Of a DNA stretch of 64,000 nucleotides, positions 27,707 to 36,796 are shown piece by piece; position 1 is the first letter of the stretch; each line of letters begins with the position of its first letter. The position numbers and the translations under genes were made by a program. The DNA is taken from assembly GCA_040217195.1 (NCBI GenBank), contig JAVJNR010000004.1, forward strand, positions 768,001 through 832,000, written 5' to 3'. The stretch comes from Leptospiraceae bacterium. GTDB taxonomy: Bacteria > Spirochaetota > Leptospiria > Leptospirales > Leptonemataceae. The notes under the pieces are model-generated. The model was not told where the DNA came from, did not search any database, and saw nothing but the letters and a program-made list of their open reading frames with translations.

Positions 27707-28816
27707 ATGAATACCAGCACAGATACAATACGAATCCCTATCCCGGATGACTGGCATCTACATCTCAGAGACGGAGATGTACTTTCTCTAACTGTCAATC
27801 ATGCTGCTTCCAGGTGCAGGAGGGCTATTGTTATGCCCAATCTTAAACCTCCTGTGCGAACCGTGGAAGAAGCCAGAAAATACAGAGATCGAATTCTGGC
27901 AGTCTGTCAGTGGGACCATTTTCAGCCATTGATGACCCTTTACCTTACCGATGAAACCAGCCCGGCAGATATCGATGCGGCCAGGGAATCCGATTTCGTA
28001 TTTGCAGTTAAGCTCTATCCCGCCGGAGCAACCACAAACTCAGAAGAGGGATTGACTTCTGTCAAGAAAGCAGAAGCTACACTGGCCCGGATGGAAGCCG
28101 TGGGATTTCCTTTGCTGGTTCATGCTGAGGCCACGCAGAACTCCATAGATGTATTTGATCGAGAAAAAGCATTCATAGATAGCGATTTGACCTGGATCTG
28201 CAAACGATTCCCGGAGCTCCAAATTGTATTCGAACATGTGAGCTCAAGAACCGGGGTAGAGTTTGTAGAGTCTCAAAAACACAGAATGGGAGCCACGATC
28301 ACACCTCATCATTTGCTCCTGACGCGAAACGATCTTCTTGTAGGCGGACTGAAACCTCACCATTACTGTTTACCTGTGGTCAAGACAGAAGATGATAGGC
28401 TGGCCCTGATAGAAGCCAGTATGAGCCAGAAGAACGTATTTGCAGGCACAGATAGCGCTCCCCATCCTAGATCCAGAAAGGAATCCCACAGTTGTGCTGC
28501 CGGAATATATACAGCGCCATTTTTTCCTGAACTTTATGCCATGGCTTTCGAGAAACACTTTGTTGGTGCCGATGGCAACCTGGATACACTGGAATCCTTT
28601 CTGAAGGAATTTCTCTGTCTACGAGGGGAGCGGTTCTACAATTTGCCGCTCAACGATTCCAGGGAAGCGAGACATTCTAATCAATCGGTCCTTGAGATTC
28701 AGCGAATGCAAAACCAGAATCCGGAAAGCTATCCATTTGGTGACGACCTGCTTATACCACTATATGCAGGCAAAACCCTACCCTTTAAAGCAGAGATCAT
28801 ATCAGTCAATTCTTGA
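27707..28816 (+). CDS. pyrC: Dihydroorotase (class II, E. coli type)
   Basis: PDDWHLHLRDG, MPNL.PP, KLYPAGATTNS, VFEH, CLPVVK and GTDSAPH. Confidence 0.96.
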   Translation: MNTSTDTIRIPIPDDWHLHLRDGDVLSLTVNHAASRCRRAIVMPNLKPPVRTVEEARKYRDRILAVCQWDHFQPLMTLYLTDETSPADIDAARESDFVFAVKLYPAGATTNSEEGLTSVKKAEATLARMEAVGFPLLVHAEATQNSIDVFDREKAFIDSDLTWICKRFPELQIVFEHVSSRTGVEFVESQKHRMGATITPHHLLLTRNDLLVGGLKPHHYCLPVVKTEDDRLALIEASMSQKNVFAGTDSAPHPRSRKESHSCAAGIYTAPFFPELYAMAFEKHFVGADGNLDTLESFLKEFLCLRGERFYNLPLNDSREARHSNQSVLEIQRMQNQNPESYPFGDDLLIPLYAGKTLPFKAEIISVNS

Positions 28817-29017
28817 TTCAGAAAACTGGTAGTCTGCTTGTCTCTGTCTAAGCCCCGGGCATGTTACTGCTTCGGAAACGAAAGAGGATTCCAGAGCAGG
28901 TATTGTTGTACCATGCAGCCGGTGTAGTAAGTCGTTCTTCGCAGCACGAAACGAAATTCCTTCGCCGCATCGGCCATCCGGGTAAATTGTTCGGGCAAAA
29001 TCAGAGTGGAACCTAAC

Positions 29018-29051
29018 TTGAAAGACTGGCAGCCTGCCTTATAATGTCCTC
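29018..29051 (+). promoter_or_regulatory. Sigma70-like promoter positioned for leaderless mRNA
   Basis: TTGAAA-16bp-TATAAT-6bp-ATG (29052), with no SD. Confidence 0.65.
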
Positions 29052-30128
29052 ATGAGTGTCCGAATTATTAGGTTTAAGACTCTAGCTTTGACATTATTGT
29101 TATCCACTGCCTGGCAGTCCATGGAAGCTCGAGAGCTTCGTGTGGGTTACGGCGGATCACAGCCTTTTATAGACACCTCCCGGGAAACGGCATCCGGCGT
29201 TGCAGTGGACATATGGCAAGAAGCGAATCGAAAAACTGGTTTTCGCTCAAAGCAGGTAGCAACGGGCAGCGTCTCGGAAATGCTTTCACTTCTGGAATCC
29301 GGAAGAATCGATGTAGTTGTAGGCCCCATTTCTATAACGGAAGAACGATACCAGAAATTCGGTTTCACACATCCGTTCTATGTAACTTCACCGGCCATAT
29401 TGACCAACCGTTCAGACACTTCCTTCTGGAAAATGATCCAGCCTTTTCTGAGCGGACCATTCTTGATCGGGGTGACCACCCTGCTGGGTCTTCTGCTTAT
29501 TGTAGGCGCCATTATCTGGACTGTAGAAAACAAAGCTAACGATGCCTGGTCCAGAGATCCGATTAAAGGAATTGGTCAGGGAATATGGTTTGCTATTGTA
29601 ACATTTACTACCGTAGGTTACGGCGACCTTGTGCCGGTTGGTAAGCGTGGACGAGTCCTGGCAGGGATCTGGATGGTCACTGCTATGATTACTGCATCTT
29701 CACTTACGGCAGGGATAGCCAGCGCATTTACACTATTTCAGCTTCAGCATGCAGCCATACAGGGTCCATCGGACCTCACTGGAAGAACCGTAGCCGTAAT
29801 CCCCGGAAGTTCTGGAGAAGATTTTGCACGAAGATATTCCAGAAGAATTCGATCAGTGGAAGATGTGGATCAGGCTGTGGACCTGGTTCGCAAAGGTGAA
29901 GTGGATGCATTCGTTTACGATTATCCGGTTCTAAACCATTTGCTGGATTCAGAACCAGACCTGAGGCTGGTAAGAAGCCATGATTTATCGGAGCATTACT
30001 GTTTTGTGTTTCGTTCAGGAGATAATGCCGTAGGATCTGTTGACGCTGCACTTCTGCAAATCAGAGAAAATGGTTCCTTACGACAAATCCTCCAGCGATG
30101 GGGACTGGATACCGAGCGCAACAATTAG
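29052..30128 (+). CDS. GluR0-like ligand-gated K+ channel (split SBP_bac_3 domain plus pore)
   Basis: Signal peptide, S1 (GPISITEER...FTHPF), TM1, pore WFAIVTFTTVGYGD, TM2 and S2 (DAFVYD.PVL). Confidence 0.9.
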   Translation: MSVRIIRFKTLALTLLLSTAWQSMEARELRVGYGGSQPFIDTSRETASGVAVDIWQEANRKTGFRSKQVATGSVSEMLSLLESGRIDVVVGPISITEERYQKFGFTHPFYVTSPAILTNRSDTSFWKMIQPFLSGPFLIGVTTLLGLLLIVGAIIWTVENKANDAWSRDPIKGIGQGIWFAIVTFTTVGYGDLVPVGKRGRVLAGIWMVTAMITASSLTAGIASAFTLFQLQHAAIQGPSDLTGRTVAVIPGSSGEDFARRYSRRIRSVEDVDQAVDLVRKGEVDAFVYDYPVLNHLLDSEPDLRLVRSHDLSEHYCFVFRSGDNAVGSVDAALLQIRENGSLRQILQRWGLDTERNN

Positions 30129-30144
30129 TTTTGGGATCTGTAGT

Positions 30145-30516
30145 CTAAGAAGATCTGGCCGGGTTCTCTTTTAGTTTTGTGAGAACGAACTGAAAGAGAT
30201 CGTCAGCAACTGAATTAACATTCTTCTGGAAAGCTTCAATGGCCTGAGAAAAGTCAAGAGGAAGATACCCGGTTACGATGGGACTGGCTTTGTAGTGGCC
30301 CGGATGTTGCTCTCCATCATCGATACTAAAATGACTGAATCCGGACTCCTGGCTCCAGATAATGCTCTTTTCTCCCAGGTGACGGTTGTAACTGAGCTGA
30401 AATCGCACCGGTCTGGAATCCTCGAGCCAGACAGAAAGATCCATATCCTCCGCATGAAACCATCGCCGGTACGGCGCTCCAGGTTCCTGTTTCACTTTTT
30501 GAATTTCAAAAAACAT
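30145..30516 (-). CDS. Conserved hypothetical protein
   Basis: Globular ORF with V.QEPG..YRRWF..EDMDL.VW...FQL.Y; start may be 30540. Confidence 0.65.
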   Translation of the reverse strand: MFFEIQKVKQEPGAPYRRWFHAEDMDLSVWLEDSRPVRFQLSYNRHLGEKSIIWSQESGFSHFSIDDGEQHPGHYKASPIVTGYLPLDFSQAIEAFQKNVNSVADDLFQFVLTKLKENPARSS

Positions 30517-30604
30517 TGTACATCCAGCCCCGGGCAGCATAAGTTTAGACGCAATCCATCAGGTTTTGGTGGACCAGAATCATAGCCTGCACTAAATTCA
30601 GGCT

Positions 30605-31120
30605 ATGGCATCTAGATATCTGACGGGTCTTCCCGCACTAATTGTGCTTACGATTTTTCCAGTGTGTATAAGCACACAGCCGGAAAGTCGAAAAGATGAT
30701 ACTGTGCAAATGGATAATCGCACATGGTCCAGAAGAACTACTAAACAGCCAGAAATCGTATATTCCAAAATGGTACCTTCGAATCAGGCTTTTCACGCCT
30801 GGGACGAACGAATCGAGATAGCCACAATTCCTGTGTCCATATCCGACGATACAATCAATAGTTTCCAACTACGACGCAAGTATGAATTGTTCAAGGATTG
30901 CCCCACCGGACGATGGAATGTCTTAGAATATGAAACAGACCTGGTCATCTATGAATTCGAGCATCAAAAATGCGATCCCTATGAGCACAGACTGGTAGTA
31001 ATGCAAAGAAAGGAAAATCGAGGTATCCTATTTGTCTATAGATCTCGTAAGTATCTGGGCGAAGAGCAGCTAAAACACTGGATTGAAATCGGCAAGAAGG
31101 CTCATTTATGGAATCGATAA
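30605..31120 (+). CDS. Hypothetical exported protein or lipoprotein
   Basis: Hydrophobic N-terminus ending in Cys; upstream promoter TGGACC-17-TAAATT-6-ATG. Confidence 0.65.
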   Translation: MASRYLTGLPALIVLTIFPVCISTQPESRKDDTVQMDNRTWSRRTTKQPEIVYSKMVPSNQAFHAWDERIEIATIPVSISDDTINSFQLRRKYELFKDCPTGRWNVLEYETDLVIYEFEHQKCDPYEHRLVVMQRKENRGILFVYRSRKYLGEEQLKHWIEIGKKAHLWNR

Positions 31121-31160
31121 TTCAGATTCCGGGCGCCCGGTGAATGATCCAGAAACCGGT

Positions 31161-31589
31161 TTAACCATGGGCAGGATCGTGCCCCAGCTGTTCCAGAGCA
31201 GACAGGTTATCCCATTCGGCCCAGGATTCCCTTATCCGGTTTTCCTCCATTCGATAAAAGGAAATATATTCGGAAACTAGTTGCCGGCCGCTTGCCGGGA
31301 ATGGTCCCAGATCGCCGCTTTGAGTACCACTAAAGCGGTGTCGAACCGCTACCCGGTCTCCCTCTGCGATCATATCCTGGATAGTTTCTTCCCCATCCGG
31401 AAACGCTTCGAATTGTCCGCGAAGATAATGAATTAGATCTTCGCCTTCCTCGATTGTTGCTTCCCCGGCTGCATGGCTATGGCGACAAAAATCAGGATGC
31501 AGAACGTTACGTATGCCTCTCCAATCCCTCTCATTAACACTTCGCACAAAACGGCGAATCAGTTCCTTGTTTTTTTCCAGTTCGTCCAT
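31161..31589 (-). CDS. SnoaL-like ester cyclase (NTF2 fold)
   Basis: NKELIRRF, AFPD...TIQDMIAEGDRVAVR...GT..G and DNLSALEQLG. Confidence 0.9.
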   Translation of the reverse strand: MDELEKNKELIRRFVRSVNERDWRGIRNVLHPDFCRHSHAAGEATIEEGEDLIHYLRGQFEAFPDGEETIQDMIAEGDRVAVRHRFSGTQSGDLGPFPASGRQLVSEYISFYRMEENRIRESWAEWDNLSALEQLGHDPAHG

Positions 31590-31601
31590 AAAAACCGACG
31601 A

Positions 31602-31934
31602 TTAAAGTCCTGGTGCATCAGAATTAACATGGTATCTTGCCAGGCGACATACAGAGTCAACAGAGCTTTCGAAGAATTCTTTTCGCACGGCAAGGTACTC
31701 CGTGTCCGAAAAAAACTCATCGCGGGTGGCCTGATCAGGAAAACCAATAATGAATAGACGATTAATCGAATGCTTGACCGGGGATTTTAGTTCGGATTGA
31801 ATCTGCGCATCGTATCTGAAGTAGCCGCCCATGCGCTTCAGTATGGGCAGCATTCCTTCCCGGTATCTGGCATAAAGGGTTTCATCGGTAACATGAATGC
31901 CCACCAGGTCTTCTACAGGGCCATCAGTCCCCAT
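31602..31934 (-). CDS. DUF1330-domain protein
   Basis: VTDETLYARYR.GM.PIL...GG.F, INRLFIIGFPD and FFSD.EY..VR. Confidence 0.82.
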   Translation of the reverse strand: MGTDGPVEDLVGIHVTDETLYARYREGMLPILKRMGGYFRYDAQIQSELKSPVKHSINRLFIIGFPDQATRDEFFSDTEYLAVRKEFFESSVDSVCRLARYHVNSDAPGL

Positions 31935-31961
31935 GATCAGTCCCCATGATCAGTCTCCATG
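31923..31961. repeat. 13-bp tandem triplication spanning a gene junction
   Basis: ATCAGTCCCCATG twice, then ATCAGTCTCCATG. Confidence 0.9.
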
Positions 31962-32297
31962 TGCGATGGTGCAGAAGCGATTGTAGAAGAATGTAAGAAT
32001 TGACAGCTCACTGTAATCCACGGCCTTAACCGTCTGGATTCCTCCAGCAGCTGCGGCCGCTTTGATGCTTGCATCTCCAAAGCTGATCATTCCCATATAG
32101 GATTGAACGCAAGAAGCACCGGATCGACTACCTATGTTGGTAGCCTCCGAAACATCCTTATTCATCCTGGTATTATGGTAAATGTATCCGTAGGGAGGTT
32201 GATAGGTACCACAAGCTCCTAGAAGAAATGCGCCAGCAAGCACCAGGGCCAGCGTAGAAATCCGAATCAGTTTTTGCTCAGTTCTTTTCATGATCAC
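31950..32297 (-). CDS. TRL-like family lipoprotein
   Basis: Lipobox LLGA-C and [16 protein letters not shown]...GGI..V.AVDY...CTIAHG; ATGA-coupled to sdhB (start 32297 or 32291). Confidence 0.82.
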   Translation of the reverse strand: MIMKRTEQKLIRISTLALVLAGAFLLGACGTYQPPYGYIYHNTRMNKDVSEATNIGSRSGASCVQSYMGMISFGDASIKAAAAAGGIQTVKAVDYSELSILTFFYNRFCTIAHGD

Positions 32298-33049
32298 TTC
32301 TTGTTGATGCTATTTCTATAGTCTGTGTTCATGCGAGAAATGAAATTGACGCTGATGTCTTTGGGGCACACTGCTTCGCACTCGTATTGATTGGTGCAGT
32401 TTCCGAATCCTTCTTCATCCATCTGCGCTACCATGGACTGGGCCCGTTTGTCTCTCTCTGGTTGTCCTTGAGGCAATACTCCCAGATGGCTGATTTTCGC
32501 AGAAACAAAGAGCATTGCACTGGCATTCTTGCAGGAAGCGACACAGGCGCCGCATCCAATACATTCAGCTGCATTCATAGCTTCATCGGCCACATCTTTG
32601 GATACTGGAATGGTATTACCATCCTGGGCATTTCCAGTCCTTACGGAAATATAACCGCCGCTTTGAATCACTCGGTCAAATGCACTTCGATCCACCATTA
32701 GATCTTTAACAACCGGAAAAGCCCGAGCACGCCAGGGTTCCAGGTAAAGTTCATCTCCATCTGCAAAACGGTGCATATGCATCTGACAAACTGTAGTTCT
32801 ACCCTCGGGCGCGAACTGGCGACCATGAGCCAGGCCATTGATCATGAATCCGCAGGAACCACAGATCCCTTCTCTACAGTCATGATCGAATGTTACTGGA
32901 TCTTCCCCTTTTTCGATAAGTCTTTCATTCAATACGTCCAGCATTTCCAGAAAAGACCAGTGCTGATCCACATCGGTCATTTCATAGCGAACCATGTTCG
33001 GCTTATCGTCCGGTCCGTTTTGACGAGAAATGTGCAATATGATTTTCAT
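32294..33049 (-). CDS. sdhB: Succinate dehydrogenase/fumarate reductase iron-sulfur subunit
   Basis: [22 protein letters not shown] and [13 protein letters not shown]. Confidence 0.96.
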   Translation of the reverse strand: MKIILHISRQNGPDDKPNMVRYEMTDVDQHWSFLEMLDVLNERLIEKGEDPVTFDHDCREGICGSCGFMINGLAHGRQFAPEGRTTVCQMHMHRFADGDELYLEPWRARAFPVVKDLMVDRSAFDRVIQSGGYISVRTGNAQDGNTIPVSKDVADEAMNAAECIGCGACVASCKNASAMLFVSAKISHLGVLPQGQPERDKRAQSMVAQMDEEGFGNCTNQYECEAVCPKDISVNFISRMNTDYRNSINKK

Positions 33050-34962
33050 TTGTAGCTCCTCTGGGTAAGCTTAACGTTTTCAAAATCCAGTTCTTCTTTA
33101 TGTAGCGTGGGCTCATTACTGCCTTTGAATTCCCAGGCACCCACGAATGCGAATTTGTCATCATGACGTAGCGCCTCTCCTTCCGGAGTTTGATGCTCTT
33201 CCCTGAAGTGACCTCCGCAGGATTCCTCTCGCATCAAAGCATCTCGGCACATCAGTTCGCCAAAATCAAGAAAGTCCGCCACTCGACCGGCCTTTTCCAG
33301 AGTCTGGTTCAATTGCTCACCCGAGCCGGTTACTTTCAGATTCTTCCAGAATTCATCCCGAATCTCAGGTATCTTCTTAAGAGCTTCCTTGAGGCCTTCT
33401 TCGCTTCTGGACATACCGCATTTATCCAGCATGATTTCGCCGAGCTCTCTGTGAAATGAGTCCGGGCTACGATTCCCATTAATAGAAAGGAACTGTTTCG
33501 TTTGAGACTCCACTTTCTCTCTGGCCTCTTTGAATGCATCGGTATCGCTCTTTACAGGATCCCAGCCCAGGTCAGCCAGATAACCGCCAATGGTATAAGG
33601 CAGAACAAAGTAACCATCTGCCAGTCCCTGCATAAGAGCACTGGCCCCCAGGCGGTTGGCTCCATGATCGGAGAAGTTCGCCTCACCTATGGCAAACAGT
33701 CCAGGCACGTTGGTCATTAGATTGTAGTCTACCCACAGACCACCCATGGTATAATGCGGTGCCGGATAGATACGCATGGGAACCTCATATGGATTCTCAT
33801 TTGTAATCTTTTGATACATTTCAAACAGGTTGCCGTATCTTTCCTTAACAGCGGGAGCACCCAGGCGTTTGATTGCATCGCGAAAATCCAGGTAAACAGC
33901 GCGAGGATTCTCACCCTTGCCAACGCCACGACCTTCATCGCATACATTCTTTGCAGCGCGACTGGCAATGTCTCTGGGCACCAGGTTACCGAAACTCGGA
34001 TATTTGATCTCCAGATAATAATCCCTTTCAGACTCCGGAATGTCATTGGGTGCACGAGAATCGCCCTTCTTTTTTGGAACCCAGACACGGCCATCGTTTC
34101 GCAGAGACTCAGACATCAACGTCAGTTTAGATTGATACTCGCCACTGGATGGAATACAGGTAGGATGAATCTGTGTATAACATGGATTGGCAAAATAGGC
34201 ACCTTTGCGATAGGCACGGAACGCTGCAGTCACATTGCAGTTCATTGCATTTGTGGATAGAAAGTAGACGTTGGAATATCCACCGGTGGCAAGAACCACT
34301 GCATGACCGCTATGAACTGAGATTTTACCAGTCTTCAGGTCTCGAACTACAACCCCTTTTGCATGGCCATCTTCCAGAACTATATCCAGCATCTCAGTTC
34401 GAGGATACATCTCCACGTTTCCAAGACCGATCTGCCGAGAAAGGGCGCTGTAGGCGCCCAGCAGTAGCTGCTGGCCTGTTTGCCCACGAGCATAGAAGGT
34501 TCGACTTACCTGAGCTCCGCCAAAAGAACGGTTGGTTAAATAACCACCATATTCGCGTGCGAAAGGAACACCCTGAGCAACGCATTGATCAATAATACTC
34601 AAACTAACCTGGGCCAGGCGATACACATTCGCTTCCCTTGAACGAAAATCTCCGCCTTTTACTGTATCGTAGAACAATCGATAGATACTATCGCCATCGT
34701 TCTGATAGTTCTTGGCTGCATTGATACCGCCCTGAGCTGCAATACTGTGAGCTCGTCGAGGGCTGTCCTGAAAGCAGAAGCTTTTTACATTGTAGCCAAG
34801 CTCGGCAAGACTTGCAGCAGCGCTGGCACCGGCCAGACCGGTTCCAACTACGATTACATCAAACTTTCTTTTATTCGCCGGGTTCACCAGCTTAAGATCA
34901 AATTTATGCTTTTCCCATTTCTGGTCCACGGACCCGGAAGGAATATTTGAATTGAGCGACAT
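33046..34962 (-). CDS. sdhA: Succinate dehydrogenase/fumarate reductase flavoprotein subunit
   Basis: [11 protein letters not shown]-His motif [32 protein letters not shown] and [10 protein letters not shown]. Confidence 0.97.
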   Translation of the reverse strand: MSLNSNIPSGSVDQKWEKHKFDLKLVNPANKRKFDVIVVGTGLAGASAAASLAELGYNVKSFCFQDSPRRAHSIAAQGGINAAKNYQNDGDSIYRLFYDTVKGGDFRSREANVYRLAQVSLSIIDQCVAQGVPFAREYGGYLTNRSFGGAQVSRTFYARGQTGQQLLLGAYSALSRQIGLGNVEMYPRTEMLDIVLEDGHAKGVVVRDLKTGKISVHSGHAVVLATGGYSNVYFLSTNAMNCNVTAAFRAYRKGAYFANPCYTQIHPTCIPSSGEYQSKLTLMSESLRNDGRVWVPKKKGDSRAPNDIPESERDYYLEIKYPSFGNLVPRDIASRAAKNVCDEGRGVGKGENPRAVYLDFRDAIKRLGAPAVKERYGNLFEMYQKITNENPYEVPMRIYPAPHYTMGGLWVDYNLMTNVPGLFAIGEANFSDHGANRLGASALMQGLADGYFVLPYTIGGYLADLGWDPVKSDTDAFKEAREKVESQTKQFLSINGNRSPDSFHRELGEIMLDKCGMSRSEEGLKEALKKIPEIRDEFWKNLKVTGSGEQLNQTLEKAGRVADFLDFGELMCRDALMREESCGGHFREEHQTPEGEALRHDDKFAFVGAWEFKGSNEPTLHKEELDFENVKLTQRSYK

Positions 34963-34992
34963 GATTTCTCCCTCTGTAATTAGATAAGTAAA

Positions 34993-35667
34993 TTACCTGA
35001 CCAATCCAGATAATATTGCCACAGGAATGGATGAATACCCTGCGAAGATAAAGATAGCAAATCCCACTGAGATTTTCTGGACCGTGGGCCGGCTTTGCTC
35101 TCCGGAAAGGCCAAAAGTCTGAAGCATACTCTGCACTGCATGAGTCAGGTGCATGGCCAGAAAGAACATAGCTACAATATAACTGGCCACGATCAATGGA
35201 TTACGAAAGGAATGCAGCACCATTCCGTAAGCATCATGCCTGCCCTTGTCATCTGTAAGGGCAAAGCCATTGGGTTCGATCTGGCCAAAGGTAAAATGTA
35301 GCAAATGGTAAATTAGAAATGCTAGAATTAGTAAACCGGTTTGAGCCATAAACCGGGAAGCGAGAGACGCTTGCTGAGTATTCTTGCTCTTGTAGGCCAC
35401 AGGACGGGCTGCATTGTTATCCATTTTCAGCTTCAAAGCAATGATTATATGGAGCACAAATACAACTAGAAGGCCAATGCGGGCCGTCCATAGTGGACCT
35501 GGAATGCTCTTTAGAAATGCTGCATAAGCATTCATTTCCTCGCGACCGAAAAACATGTTCCAGTTGCCAAGCATATGTCCGATCACGAATCCGATCAAGA
35601 GCAGGCCGGTAGTAGCAACCAGGATCTTGCGTCCAATTGATGAACCGAAAAGACGTTTGAGGATCAT
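34993..35667 (-). CDS. sdhC: Succinate dehydrogenase cytochrome b subunit (single 5-TM, probably dihaem anchor)
   Basis: SSIGRK...A.TGL, His ligands in GHMLGN, LHII, YHLLH and MHL.H, and S..QT.G. Confidence 0.93.
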   Translation of the reverse strand: MILKRLFGSSIGRKILVATTGLLLIGFVIGHMLGNWNMFFGREEMNAYAAFLKSIPGPLWTARIGLLVVFVLHIIIALKLKMDNNAARPVAYKSKNTQQASLASRFMAQTGLLILAFLIYHLLHFTFGQIEPNGFALTDDKGRHDAYGMVLHSFRNPLIVASYIVAMFFLAMHLTHAVQSMLQTFGLSGEQSRPTVQKISVGFAIFIFAGYSSIPVAILSGLVR

Positions 35668-35937
35668 TTATTAATATCTCCTGTCATGTCCGGGAGCTTG
35701 CATTCTCCGAACATGCAATATCTGGGTGGCCCATTGCACACCGTTTGACCCGAAATGGCCCATGGGACACTTTCCGGGGCCCTTCTTTATCTATCCCAGT
35801 GACTCCGTCAGTGATCTTTTTTGACGGCGGTACAGAGAATCTAATAAGAAGGGAACTTTCACAGGCTTTCTCTGTACGTTACCCCGTAAAGAAAAAATCG
35901 GTTTGGGCTCATTGCTCCGGCAGGATGCCGTTCGAAT

Positions 35938-36747
35938 TTAAAGATAGGATCTCATTTGCTCAACCAGGGACATGGCCTCGGCTCGAGCTTTTTGCACCAG
36001 GTCTGACTTGTTGTGCGATGCATAGAGAATGGATCGACTTGAGTTGATCAATACATCTTTACCGGCCATTTTCATTACCTGGTGTAGATCGCCGCCCTGA
36101 CTTCCAACGCCTGGCACCAGAAAAATCATTCCAGGAGCCAGAGTTCTTACCTTTTCCAGTTCCCCGGGATCTCTGGTTGCTCCCACAACGAGACCCAGGT
36201 TACCGCTTTGCTCGTGCCATTCGTGACATAAGCGGGCCACTCGCTGGAATAATGGGGGGTCTCCGTGGTATTGGAAGTCTCGTGCACCGGAGTTAGATGT
36301 AAGACAGAGAATAAAGGAAGCCCGGTCGGCACGATCGATAAAGGGCTGTAGACTTTCCTTACCCATATAAGGATTCAAAGTTATAGCATCCGCGTCCAGC
36401 TCGTCGAAGGCTGCCGTGGCATAGTGCGATGCAGTATTTCCCAGATCGCCCCTCTTTGCATCCAGCACAACCATCGCATTGGAGGTGCGACTTCTTATAT
36501 ACTGGATCACTTCAGCGAGTAATTCCCAGCCACCGGAGCCCATGGATTCGAAAAAAGCGGCATTGGGTTTGTAAGATAGAGCAAGGTCGGCCGTTGCATC
36601 TATCACATCTTTAAGATGTGCACCCAGACCAGCCCGGTCTTTTGAATAGCCCTGGGGCAATCGATGGGGATCCGGGTCCAGACCAACGCATAATACAGAT
36701 CGGATTGCCTCTCTTCTTTCGCGATATCTCGTGTAAAAGGTTGACAT
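35938..36747 (-). CDS. pyrF: Orotidine-5'-phosphate decarboxylase
   Basis: LCVGLDP, YKPN.AFFE, LDAKRGDLGNT, GLVVGAT, LVPGVGSQGG and NSSRSI. Confidence 0.96.
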   Translation of the reverse strand: MSTFYTRYRERREAIRSVLCVGLDPDPHRLPQGYSKDRAGLGAHLKDVIDATADLALSYKPNAAFFESMGSGGWELLAEVIQYIRSRTSNAMVVLDAKRGDLGNTASHYATAAFDELDADAITLNPYMGKESLQPFIDRADRASFILCLTSNSGARDFQYHGDPPLFQRVARLCHEWHEQSGNLGLVVGATRDPGELEKVRTLAPGMIFLVPGVGSQGGDLHQVMKMAGKDVLINSSRSILYASHNKSDLVQKARAEAMSLVEQMRSYL

Positions 36748-36796
36748 TTTGCAGTATTCCTATGATCCTTACGCCAGCTTATTCTGGAGGTCTGGC

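Noticed and set aside
26922..36747. pyrK-pyrC-pyrF pyrimidine operon
   Set aside because: pyrC and pyrF are about 7 kb apart on opposite strands, and the reductase lacks PyrK Fe-S cysteines.
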